A stretch of 64,000 bases of DNA. Origin: Trichormus sp. ATA11-4-KO1 (GTDB lineage: Bacteria; Cyanobacteriota; Cyanobacteriia; Cyanobacteriales; Nostocaceae). The position numbers were made by a program, and so were the translations under genes. This document shows, piece by piece, positions 30,201 through 38,712 of the stretch. The notes below the pieces were generated by a model. The model saw only the letters and a list, made by a program, of their open reading frames with translations, was not told where the DNA came from and did not search any database. Where the stretch lies: contig JAHHIM010000015.1 of assembly GCA_019358915.1 (NCBI GenBank), positions 1-64,000 of the forward strand, written 5' to 3'. Within the stretch, counting starts at the first letter, position 1. Each line of letters opens with the position of its first letter.

Positions 30201-30739
30201 GTGTACCAGCAGTCACAGGTGAAGAAAAATTTGATAGAGCATCTGGGCCTTTCCTACTAGGTGACCCCTATTATCGAGATTCCTTACTCCAAGCTGTACA
30301 GCCTGTAGTTCCTCAAGACATTTGCCTACCCATCCGCATCAACAGTATTCAAGTTTATCAAACCGATAGCAATATATCTGGTTCCTGCATCGGTGTGGTT
30401 AACCTGCATGGTCGCCAAGGTCGGCAATATAACAGCACAGTCTTTGCTGTGGATGAAGCAGGACGCATCATTGAAAAGCTAGATGGTTATCACCTACAGA
30501 TTCTAGAACATCGTGAAAATCATCCGACTGCTGAAGATTTGGCTGATCCTACTCAGCGTGATGAGCAACTTCTGCGCCGTGAACTTAACAATCGAGCTAA
30601 AGCTTTGCAGATGACCGTACCAGAAGCTTCACTCGCGCAACTTCCCGGTTTACATGCTTTATCTGCCGCAGAACGTCACCAACGGGAAATACCAGTGTTT
30701 TCCAAAACTGTGGATAAGCTGTTAAGCACTCTCGAATAA
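27245..30739 (+). CDS. Enediyne-type PKS subunit 2: ACP-ACP-KR-DH
   Basis: Two LLDDLNLDSIK ACPs; PWVRDF; KR LITGGAKGITAECALALA and YGFSNE; DH DHIYKGSYLFPTVFGLEAMAQA, LFQGPRFQR and GDPYYRD. Confidence 0.9.
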   Translation: MTSQNSAHQQMNDELTKLLTNYFSQRGSFLAQIIRADLQSLPHLTKQIHQTQQNGNGQAQQNSNGNANHHYMVELPTTQPASVPHQVVQQPQAAPQVVSQPTIDVEAILVNLVVKQTGFPRESITLQLRLLDDLNLDSIKGGELVAGTAKECGVAGKVDPSTLANASLQEIVEAVREAMPSVNQTQVTPVIPPQPVVIEPKLASIPNMLLEMVVQRTGFPRETLSMNLHLLDDLNLDSIKTAEFVAEAAKRVGVEGLIDPSNFANATLAEIATVLQQLTEKQKPSVQPSPKVATTLPASESIPWVRDFVVEYVPEEKPVLPASSQEDNWETTNMFEVDNWSNANILMMSEVEEADFVETLQQEFLSQGAKVQAVTFAEVGDHSLIHSIDFTHFIAVLPRSPKGEMTPEARLQRAMQRVRAAATPPAAAKAQRQYTTVAYIQFGGGYFGRLAEVTDIEQSCSMGFAASLHLERSDLKVRVIDVPISVTPTSLTGRIVAELSRPEAFVAVGYDTDLTRLIPRPRVQDTVLYQHRDITWLPKDVFLITGGAKGITAECALALARTTGVRTALVGSSAHPQVDPTGKSSAEIANTLQHFQDEGLTCRYYQCNVNDAIAVASLVQRVEKELGKITGVIHGSALNKPRRVENATLEEARTEVAPKLLGAMNLMQALANKPPKMFVGFSSISAVLGLPGNTWYGFSNEALDLILRRFGEEHPETATLAIAFSVWAEVGMGARMGTVRNLNRMGIEAMPTDEAVRRFLHLMQNDPGDPQVVVSARLGGIDTLRRGFDTWRTKRMPPAADLRFIEQVQIMEPDVEIVARTHLSLERDSYVKDHIYKGSYLFPTVFGLEAMAQAVAYATGLTQLDALRIENIRLERPIVVDPENGIDIEIRAEVLERESVNDFRKVRAEIRTERTGFAMAHFAATFVFDQQHEAPKEQIQLPKTPLDIDPQQDLYGWLLFQGPRFQRIQQVYSLNSKKFVFRTQKGVPAVTGEEKFDRASGPFLLGDPYYRDSLLQAVQPVVPQDICLPIRINSIQVYQTDSNISGSCIGVVNLHGRQGRQYNSTVFAVDEAGRIIEKLDGYHLQILEHRENHPTAEDLADPTQRDEQLLRRELNNRAKALQMTVPEASLAQLPGLHALSAAERHQREIPVFSKTVDKLLSTLE

Positions 30740-30793
30740 TGTTGACAAGTCCCTGATTTCAAAAATTTAACAGTAAGGATTAAATATTAAGTC

Positions 30794-32401
30794 ATGAATA
30801 AGTCTTCATCAACTGCTGTCAAAACCAAAGCTAGACCAAAAAGCAGTTCCCGTCCAATCAGTAAATTTGGCCCAACACCTCTACAGGGTTCAGGTTTGCT
30901 GCAAAATGTTCAAATAAATTGGCTTGATTCTGGAAAGCCTGTACTTGAGGGACTAGAAAAGGAATTAGTAGATGTGTCCCTTTCTCATGACGATCGCGTT
31001 TGTCTGTGTGTCGCTGGTATTGGCCCCCAAGGTTGTGACATTGCTCCTGTAACCCATCGCTTACGAGAAGATTGGACTGCTTTACTCAGTAACTCTCGCG
31101 AGCCTGTAATGCAACAGCTACTAGAAAATAGCTCCGATTCAGTAGACCTTGCTGGTACACGGATTTGGGCAGCAATTGAAGCTGTACGTAAAGCTACGAA
31201 TGCTCAGAAAATCGACTTAGAAATTGACCGTTATGAAGGAGATAGTATTCTATTCCGGGGAATTACTGCTGAGAATCAAGTATATATCTTGACTTTTCCT
31301 CTGGCACTTACGCGGGGCCCAGAAAGAGTTGTTGCTGTTGTTGTCTCCAATCCTCAAGCTACTGCTAGCGATCGCACTCCCAAAACAGTCCGGACTACGC
31401 CAGTTGAAGATATTTACCGCATCAGTAATTCTCACGAAAACGAGAAAGTATTTGTTGTGCGATCGCCTGTCTCGTACAAAGAGACTGCTAACCTCAGCCA
31501 AAGTGTCTATTTTTCGCACTTTTTTAACTGGATGGGTAAGATTCGCGATTTAGCTATTTGGTCTATTCGTGAACCCCTAGGACAGCATTTAGCTACTGGT
31601 GAGTGGGGAATGGTCACTAATCATGCTCAAACCCGAATTCTTGGTGAAGCGGGACTAAACGATGTCATCGAAGGACGTTACTGGGTAGCTAATGTATCTG
31701 GCCCTGCTAATTCAACTGTTGATTTTCGCTACGATTGGCTCAAAGTTTTACCTGATGGTAGTTTTGAGCGGATTGCTCAAAGTCAGTTGTGTATGACTTG
31801 GGTAAATCTAGCCAAACAAGGGCCCGCCGAACTGAAACCCTTACCAGATTACTTAGAAAAGTTCATCAACCAATTATCTGACCCGTCCTATACTCCCCAG
31901 CCACTCCCAGAATCTTTTGCGGATATTCACTTAGGAAAAAAGTTATATCAAGCACTACCAGGTATTAACTCTGGTCGATTACTACGAGAACAGATTTTTG
32001 AAACATCTCTAGAAGATACAGACGCGATCGGCAATATTAACTTTGCTAACTACTACGTTTGGCAAGGACGCATCCGGGATAGTTTCTTCTACAAACTCAT
32101 CCCAGACTCTTACCGCAGAACAGCAAGTCAAGGTGAATTTCGGTGTCTGCACAGTCGGGTAGAAAACTTACGCGAAGCGCTACCCTTCGATCAAATCCAG
32201 GTGAATATGTCACTACGGGCAGTATACGAAAACAGTGTCAGTTTGGCTTTTGCATATTTTCGCCTCACACCAGATGGTAAGAAACAAAAGCTAGCCGTTG
32301 GTGAGCATGAAGCTGCGTGGTTTAGCCGTAGCCAGGATGGGAAATTCGTACCAGCGCCATTACCAGAAGTTGTGCGCTTGGCTTTATGTGAACAGTCTTG
32401 A
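30794..32401 (+). CDS. PKS subunit 3: PksE-type phosphopantetheinyl transferase fused to two hotdog thioesterase domains (PksE10/CalE7-like)
   Basis: GKP, SLSH, GCDIA and W..IEAVRKA PPTase motifs; KETANLSQSVYFSHFFNWMGKIRD and EDTDAIGNINFANYYVWQGRIRD thioesterase motifs. Confidence 0.8.
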   Translation: MNKSSSTAVKTKARPKSSSRPISKFGPTPLQGSGLLQNVQINWLDSGKPVLEGLEKELVDVSLSHDDRVCLCVAGIGPQGCDIAPVTHRLREDWTALLSNSREPVMQQLLENSSDSVDLAGTRIWAAIEAVRKATNAQKIDLEIDRYEGDSILFRGITAENQVYILTFPLALTRGPERVVAVVVSNPQATASDRTPKTVRTTPVEDIYRISNSHENEKVFVVRSPVSYKETANLSQSVYFSHFFNWMGKIRDLAIWSIREPLGQHLATGEWGMVTNHAQTRILGEAGLNDVIEGRYWVANVSGPANSTVDFRYDWLKVLPDGSFERIAQSQLCMTWVNLAKQGPAELKPLPDYLEKFINQLSDPSYTPQPLPESFADIHLGKKLYQALPGINSGRLLREQIFETSLEDTDAIGNINFANYYVWQGRIRDSFFYKLIPDSYRRTASQGEFRCLHSRVENLREALPFDQIQVNMSLRAVYENSVSLAFAYFRLTPDGKKQKLAVGEHEAAWFSRSQDGKFVPAPLPEVVRLALCEQS

Positions 32402-32831
32402 TTGAGCATAAATCTTCCCACAATGGCATTGCTGAATCAGATGCTTTTTTGCATAAATTCATAACGAATTGAGGGTGGAAATTTAAACGCAAAGGAGAGG
32501 CAGCGCGTTGCGGGGGTTCCCCCCGTTGTAGCGACTGCCGTCGCGCAAAGGTTAGCGCAGAGTAATGCCAAGGTTTGATCAAGGCAATTTTTTTTCGCTA
32601 CGAACTTGTGAAATCATGTACTAAGTAGGAGAGAAATGCAAATCATCCTGCAAATATGCAATGCCCAAATTCAATGTTTGTAAATCTCTGCATAAATTCT
32701 TCAAGCTGGTCTGAGAAGTAAATGAAAGGCGTAATCAAAAAGAAAAACGCCAGACCGATTAACCTACTGGGTTATTTAACGAAAATGGGATGCACCCAAC
32801 ATCAAGTTATTTACCAATTTAATTAAGTCTA

Positions 32832-34613
32832 ATGTACACTACTCAGTCTCAAGAATATGATGTCGTAATTATGGGAGCAGGATTTGCGGGCGTTTGTCAA
32901 GCAAGGCATCTCATGCTCAACATTCCCAATATCAAAGTTGCGCTCATTGATCCTCGCCCTGAAGAACGCACCGATAAAGATATGAAAATCGGTGAGTCGA
33001 TGATCGAAGGCGCTGCTCTCTTTGTCTGCAAGGAGTTGGGGCTTTACGAATACATGATCGAAAACCACACACCCAAGAATGGATTAAATTTTCACTGGCC
33101 TAAAGATCCTGCTCAAACCTCTAATTTGGATGACTACTATCATCTGTGGGTAAATCGGCAAACCGACATTGGTTCCTTTCATATGAACCGAGCCAAGTTT
33201 GAGCGGGATGTGCTGAAGATGAATCAGGAGATGGGTGCGGTTTTCTATAATGGTCGTGTACTAGATGTAGACCTGACTCCAGGTGATGCAATTAAAACGG
33301 TTAAGGTTAAGGTTCATGGTGAAGATATAGAACTGAAAGCCAAGCACGTAATTGATGCAGCAGGTCGTAAGTTTATGATTGGGCGTAAGAAAGACAATAT
33401 CATCTTCCATCAACCGGATGGTGGAGAAGGAGCAGATAACCTTTACGGTCTCAATAACGGCTCAGCATGGGTGCGAGTGAGAAATATAGACCGTAAACTC
33501 TTCCACGATGGCTATGACCCCACCGGAGCTGCTACCAGTCACTACTATGCCACCAATCACTGGTTTGGTCACGGTCACTGGTTGTGGATGATTCCCACAG
33601 ACAAAGACCCGTTAGAATTATCCATTGGTGTGATTCACCATCATGAGGTAATTCCAGCTAACAGTATTAATAGCTTAGATAAGTTTTCAGCTTTTCTCAA
33701 AGAAAATCACAAACTGCTTTATCAGTTAATTAATAGCGGCGAATTGGTTGATTTTCACTATTTACCTAGGTTAGGTCATAACAGTAAAACTCTATATTCT
33801 CAGGATAACTGGTATGTGCTGGGAGATGCGGCTTGTATTTTTGATGCATTTTATTCTTTCGGCACAACGATGATTGCCTTTGCTACTGAAAGCATCACCG
33901 AAATTATTCGCGCCAAACTAGCAAAAGAAGCTGATGCCGAAATAAAGCGGGAAGCTTACAATCGGTTCAATCTTCGCTATGTCCAAGATGTCAATCGTCT
34001 GTACCGCTACCATGCCAAGCAACTAGGTAACGCCAGCATTATGAGCTGGAGAATATCCTTTGAATATAGTTGGTGGTTTGGTTTGCATGTACCCCTTTAT
34101 CTTGGTAAATGGCATTTACATTTGCGCTACGTCAATACATACTTGCAACACACCAAACGAGTGGGCAATTTTATTAATCATGTCCACGACCAACTAAGTT
34201 TGCTCGTTGAACAAGGCAAAAATATTGGCTTCCTCGATCCTTATCGTGCTGATCAACTGTTCAATCATCACAGTCCTGTGAGCCATGCTGATACTTATTT
34301 GGAAAATGCCAGGTATGAACCCAGACGATGCAACATTTTTAGAAATAGTCGTCAGACTTGTTTAAACGTTGCTGTTTGGTATGCAATGTTTCTGTGGAAA
34401 GGTTTTGGAATTGCCGGATTTTTATCTCCTCGCTCTCTGCAATATCTATTCCTGTTAATTGGATTGGTAGGTTATGGAGCTTTTTATGAGATATTCTATC
34501 TCTACCAAACCAGGAAGCTTCCTGCCAACAGTCAAGTGGCTCAAAGAAATCAAGAAGTTAAAGACTATCAATACAAAGCTGAATTACAGCCTTGGATAGC
34601 TGAAGCCCAATGA
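32832..34613 (+). CDS. Flavin-dependent halogenase 1 (tryptophan-halogenase superfamily)
   Basis: GAGFAG FAD motif, KIGES, catalytic-Lys-like TPKNGLNFHW, WLWMIP (WxWxIP), GDAA..FDAFYS.G. Confidence 0.82.
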   Translation: MYTTQSQEYDVVIMGAGFAGVCQARHLMLNIPNIKVALIDPRPEERTDKDMKIGESMIEGAALFVCKELGLYEYMIENHTPKNGLNFHWPKDPAQTSNLDDYYHLWVNRQTDIGSFHMNRAKFERDVLKMNQEMGAVFYNGRVLDVDLTPGDAIKTVKVKVHGEDIELKAKHVIDAAGRKFMIGRKKDNIIFHQPDGGEGADNLYGLNNGSAWVRVRNIDRKLFHDGYDPTGAATSHYYATNHWFGHGHWLWMIPTDKDPLELSIGVIHHHEVIPANSINSLDKFSAFLKENHKLLYQLINSGELVDFHYLPRLGHNSKTLYSQDNWYVLGDAACIFDAFYSFGTTMIAFATESITEIIRAKLAKEADAEIKREAYNRFNLRYVQDVNRLYRYHAKQLGNASIMSWRISFEYSWWFGLHVPLYLGKWHLHLRYVNTYLQHTKRVGNFINHVHDQLSLLVEQGKNIGFLDPYRADQLFNHHSPVSHADTYLENARYEPRRCNIFRNSRQTCLNVAVWYAMFLWKGFGIAGFLSPRSLQYLFLLIGLVGYGAFYEIFYLYQTRKLPANSQVAQRNQEVKDYQYKAELQPWIAEAQ

Positions 34614-34750
34614 AAAGTGCTGAGTTAAAAGTGCTGAGTGCTGAGTTAAAAGACCTTAGCACCTTAGCTTTTCTCACGCAGATATCTAGGAAAATTTTCT
34701 CTAATTCTCATATTTCCATACACATTTGTTAGTTAACAAAGGAATTATCA

Positions 34751-36604
34751 ATGTATACTAGCCAGTCTCATGAATATGACGTTGTGATTATGGGTGCAGG
34801 GTTTGCTGGTCTATGTCAAGCAAGGCATCTGATGCTCAACATCCCCAATATCAAAGTTGCCCTCATCGACCCTCGACCGGAAGAACGGACTGATAAAGAC
34901 TTGAAAGTTGGTGAATCTTTGGTGGAAGTCTCTTCGCTTTTTGTGACTAAAGAGTTGGGTCTTTATGAGTACATGATTGAAAATCATACACCAAAGTTTG
35001 GTTTGAATTTTCATTGGCCGAAAGACCCTGCTCGTACCGAAACAATTGATGATTACTTGAGTATTTGGGATAATCGGCAACCATCGATTACTACTTTTCA
35101 TATGAACCGCTCTAAGTTTGAGCGAGATGTGTTGCAAATGAATCAGGAGATGGGTGCTGTTTTCTATAATGGTCGCGTCTTAGATGTTGATCTGACACCA
35201 GGTGATGCAATTAAAACGGTTAAGAGTAAGGTTAACGGTGAAGTTATAGAACTGAAAGCCAAGCACGTAATTGACGCCGCAGGTCGCAGGTTCATTATTG
35301 GCAATAAGACCAATAATTTGGTTTTTAATCAAGCTGGTGGCGGTGAAGGGTCTGATAATCTCTACGGTGTTAATAATGGCTCAGCATGGCTACGTGTGAG
35401 AAATATGGATCGATCGCTGTTCCATGATGGTTATGATCCCACAAGTGCGACTGCTAGTCACTGGTATGCAACCAATCACTGGTTTGGTCATGGACATTGG
35501 TTATGGATGATTCCTACCAGTACAGATCCTTTAGAACTGTCGATTGGGGTTATTCATCATCATGAGGTCATTCATAGTGAACAGATTAATACTCGCGATA
35601 AATTCCTTGCTTTCTTGAAAGCAAATCATACCCATCTCTATAAACTGATCACTAGTGGTGAACAAGTTGATTTCCATTACTTGCCGAGAGTAGCGCATAG
35701 CAGCAAAATGGTATTTTCTCCCGATAACTGGTATGTGCTGGGTGATGCAGCCTATATTTTCGATGCTTTTTATTCCTATGGTGCAACAATGATTTCTTTT
35801 GCTGCGGAAAGCATCACCGAAATCATTCGCGCCAAGTTGGCAGGGGAAGCCAATGCGGAACAGAAACGCTTGGCTTTTAACGAGTTTAATCTGACAATGG
35901 CACGTAGTGCTAATGGCGTCATGCGCTATCATGCCAAGCAATTAGGCAATGCTAGTGTGATGAGTTGGCGGATTTACTTTGAGTATATGTGGTGGTTTGG
36001 GATTATTTTGCCTTTGTTTATCGGTAAACGACACCTGGATATTAACTTTGTCCCTCAATTCACCAAAGCTTTTAGTGCCAATATTGATGGAGTTTTAGCT
36101 GATGTACATCAACAGTTTAATCAACTTGTAGATCAAGGCACTAATTTAGGTATTTTAGATTGTTACAGAGCAGATCAATTAGTTGGAGAATACTACACAT
36201 CTAAACGCTTTGATGACTACCTGGAAAACGCTAAGTATGAACCAGGACGAACCAATATCTTTGCTAGTATCAAATCTGCTTACTACTACGTAGCAATTTG
36301 GTACACCATGTTTCAGTGGAAAGGCTTTGGTTTAGCAGGTTTGCTAGCACCGCGATCGCTTTACAATATCTTCCGTTTACTGGCTTTGTCGAGCTATACT
36401 GCCATCGGCGAATTAATCTACCGCTTCCAGACCCGAAATTTGCCTGCTAACAGTCAAGTGGAAAAGATGCGTCAAGAATTCAAAAACTACCAATACCAAG
36501 CTCAGTTACAGCCTTGGACTCCAGAAATAGACTCGCCATGCATGGAGCAGCAATCAAGTGAGCAAGCAGTACCAAGGCTGCCAGAGTTATCTGTACTGTC
36601 CTAG
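34751..36604 (+). CDS. Flavin-dependent halogenase 2, tandem paralog
   Basis: Same motifs: GAGFAG, KVGES, TPKFGLNFHW, WLWMIP. Confidence 0.82.
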   Translation: MYTSQSHEYDVVIMGAGFAGLCQARHLMLNIPNIKVALIDPRPEERTDKDLKVGESLVEVSSLFVTKELGLYEYMIENHTPKFGLNFHWPKDPARTETIDDYLSIWDNRQPSITTFHMNRSKFERDVLQMNQEMGAVFYNGRVLDVDLTPGDAIKTVKSKVNGEVIELKAKHVIDAAGRRFIIGNKTNNLVFNQAGGGEGSDNLYGVNNGSAWLRVRNMDRSLFHDGYDPTSATASHWYATNHWFGHGHWLWMIPTSTDPLELSIGVIHHHEVIHSEQINTRDKFLAFLKANHTHLYKLITSGEQVDFHYLPRVAHSSKMVFSPDNWYVLGDAAYIFDAFYSYGATMISFAAESITEIIRAKLAGEANAEQKRLAFNEFNLTMARSANGVMRYHAKQLGNASVMSWRIYFEYMWWFGIILPLFIGKRHLDINFVPQFTKAFSANIDGVLADVHQQFNQLVDQGTNLGILDCYRADQLVGEYYTSKRFDDYLENAKYEPGRTNIFASIKSAYYYVAIWYTMFQWKGFGLAGLLAPRSLYNIFRLLALSSYTAIGELIYRFQTRNLPANSQVEKMRQEFKNYQYQAQLQPWTPEIDSPCMEQQSSEQAVPRLPELSVLS

Positions 36605-36857
36605 CTCAACACGATGAAGAGTGCTGAGTTAAAAGACCACTCACAAGGGGTGAGGTATCAACCTGTTCCCTGTAAGAAGATTCTACCCATAAGAGGTGAA
36701 GTATTTACCGAGTGCGAAAGTAACAAGCATTCTTCTTACTCAGCACTCCCCTTCGACTTCGCTCAGGGCAGGCGCACTCAGCACTTTTACATCAAGTGCA
36801 TCATAGAATTCCACTTTCTCCACATGTTTTCATTATTGAGGAATAAATTTAAAAACT

Positions 36858-37214
36858 ATGTCTGAGTTAACATCGACCCCAAGCACTAATGAAATTCATA
36901 AGGGACTCCATCTCTTGGGATTAAGTCTTTCTGAACTGGAACTCAATGACCTGAAGATAGGGCAAACTATTTCACTCGAAACCAGAAGTTTAGGTGAAAT
37001 CGGTTCAATGTTTATCTTAGCAGCAGCACTTTCAGCCGTGAATTTAGGTAAAACTAAGAAAACTGTGACCTTTGGAGATTTACCACAAGTAGTGAATGAA
37101 TCGGCAAATTCCCCAGGAATTCCCATATATTGCTGGATTTCTGATACTCTGAATAAAAAATGTCTTTACCTAACTTTAGTTGATGGCAAACCTGCACTGT
37201 GCATTACCACGTAG
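36858..37214 (+). CDS. Hypothetical 118-aa protein inside PKS cluster
   Basis: ATG with upstream GAGGA, co-oriented between halogenase 2 and devB; no recognised motif. Confidence 0.6.
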   Translation: MSELTSTPSTNEIHKGLHLLGLSLSELELNDLKIGQTISLETRSLGEIGSMFILAAALSAVNLGKTKKTVTFGDLPQVVNESANSPGIPIYCWISDTLNKKCLYLTLVDGKPALCITT

Positions 37215-37383
37215 CACTAGTAAAGCTCAGGATAAATTTACATAAGTTCGTAATTTTAGTGAAGAGCTAAAGTTCCCACCAATGGGTTATTTTATCAGTT
37301 ATGGATTTATGAAATACTGACCTCCGCTATAGTTGATAAAACTTGATGATCCGAGCTTTTTTACTTTTTTATGGGATGCTTAA

Positions 37384-38703
37384 ATGAAATCACCACTATC
37401 TTTTAAATCTACAAGCTTGGTAACAACTATTCTCTTAGTTACAGGCGCTTTAATTACAGGTGCTGTGACTACTTATTCTGTATTACGTTTCCAGTCAGCA
37501 AATTCCAGTCCGCCACCAACTACCCTAGCTACTGCGAATATTGATATTGGTGCTGTTGCTGCTACGGGGGTTTTGGAACCTAAAGACGAAGTAATTGCCA
37601 TATCTGCACCAGCTTTCCAGGAAGGAGCAAGAGTGAAGCAACTGCTAGTGAAACGGGGAGATAAAGTTGAATCTGGTCAAGTCATCGCTATTCTAGACAG
37701 CCGCGATCGCTTGGAAGCATCTCTGCAACAGGCGCAAACACAAATTAGAGTTGCCCAAGCTCGTCTACTGCAAGTCAAAGCTGGTGCGAAAAGAGGTGAC
37801 ATCATAGCTCAAGATGCTAGGTTTCAAGGTACAAAGGCTGAATTAGAAGGGCAAATCGCCACCCAAAGGGCAGCCATTGCTAGCTTACAGGCTAAGTTGC
37901 AAGGGGAAAAGAGTGCCCAAGAAGCGACGATTGGGCGCATCAAAGCTGAGTTACGAAATTCCCAAACTGATTGTGAGCGCTATGAGAATTTATATAAAGA
38001 TGGGGCGGTAGCAGCTCAACAACGTGATAGTTTTTGCCTGCAACGGGACACCAATCAAGAACGGCTCAAGGAAGCCCAAGCAAATCTCAGCCGCATTGTC
38101 AATTCTTATCAAGAAGATATTCAAGAAGCAAAAGCAAACCTGAATCGCACAGTAGCCACAAATCAAAAGCAGATTAAAGAAGCGCAAGCCACCCTAGACT
38201 CAGTTGCAGAAGTTCGTCCTGTCGATGTACAAATCGCCCAAATGGAATTTGCAGCTGCACAAGCAGCAGCTCAACGGGCTAGGGCAGATTTAGATTTAGC
38301 TTATGTGCGATCGCCTAGAGATGGTCAAGTTCTAAAAGTTCATACCTGGCCAGGTGAACTAATTGGCAATGAGGGAATTGTTGACTTAGGAAACACTGAC
38401 CAAATGTATGTAACGGCAGAAGTTTATGAAACCGATATTACTAGAGTCAGTATAGGTCAAACAGCCACAATTAGGGGTGATAGAGTAATAGGCGATTTAC
38501 AAGGAACAGTAGATGAAATTGGTTTACAAATTGGCAAAAAAGATGCACTAGGGACTGACCCCGTTGCTGATGCAGATGCCAGAGTAGTGGAAGTAAAAAT
38601 TAAGCTCGATCAAGAAGCTAGTCAGCGAGTTGCAGGCTTAACTAATTTACAAGTCAAAGTGGTGATTAATACATCAGAAACTACACAAAGCATGAGCAAT
38701 TAA
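37384..38703 (+). CDS. devB: DevB-family ABC exporter membrane fusion protein
   Basis: AVAATGVLEP, LLVKRGDKV, long coiled coil, AEVYETDI, DARVVEVKI. Confidence 0.9.
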   Translation: MKSPLSFKSTSLVTTILLVTGALITGAVTTYSVLRFQSANSSPPPTTLATANIDIGAVAATGVLEPKDEVIAISAPAFQEGARVKQLLVKRGDKVESGQVIAILDSRDRLEASLQQAQTQIRVAQARLLQVKAGAKRGDIIAQDARFQGTKAELEGQIATQRAAIASLQAKLQGEKSAQEATIGRIKAELRNSQTDCERYENLYKDGAVAAQQRDSFCLQRDTNQERLKEAQANLSRIVNSYQEDIQEAKANLNRTVATNQKQIKEAQATLDSVAEVRPVDVQIAQMEFAAAQAAAQRARADLDLAYVRSPRDGQVLKVHTWPGELIGNEGIVDLGNTDQMYVTAEVYETDITRVSIGQTATIRGDRVIGDLQGTVDEIGLQIGKKDALGTDPVADADARVVEVKIKLDQEASQRVAGLTNLQVKVVINTSETTQSMSN

Positions 38704-38712
38704 CCAAAAATT

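Noticed and set aside
24022..32401. Heterocyst glycolipid (hglE/PfaA) cluster interpretation
   Set aside because: Despite tandem ACPs and devBCA, the KS has PksE signatures and there is no CLF/KS partner, enoyl reductase or hglB/hetM-type reductase. A PksE-type DH, PPTase and hotdog TE are present instead.
36614..36865. 83-aa ORF between halogenase 2 and the orphan gene
   Set aside because: Composed largely of STRR/hairpin repeat sequence.
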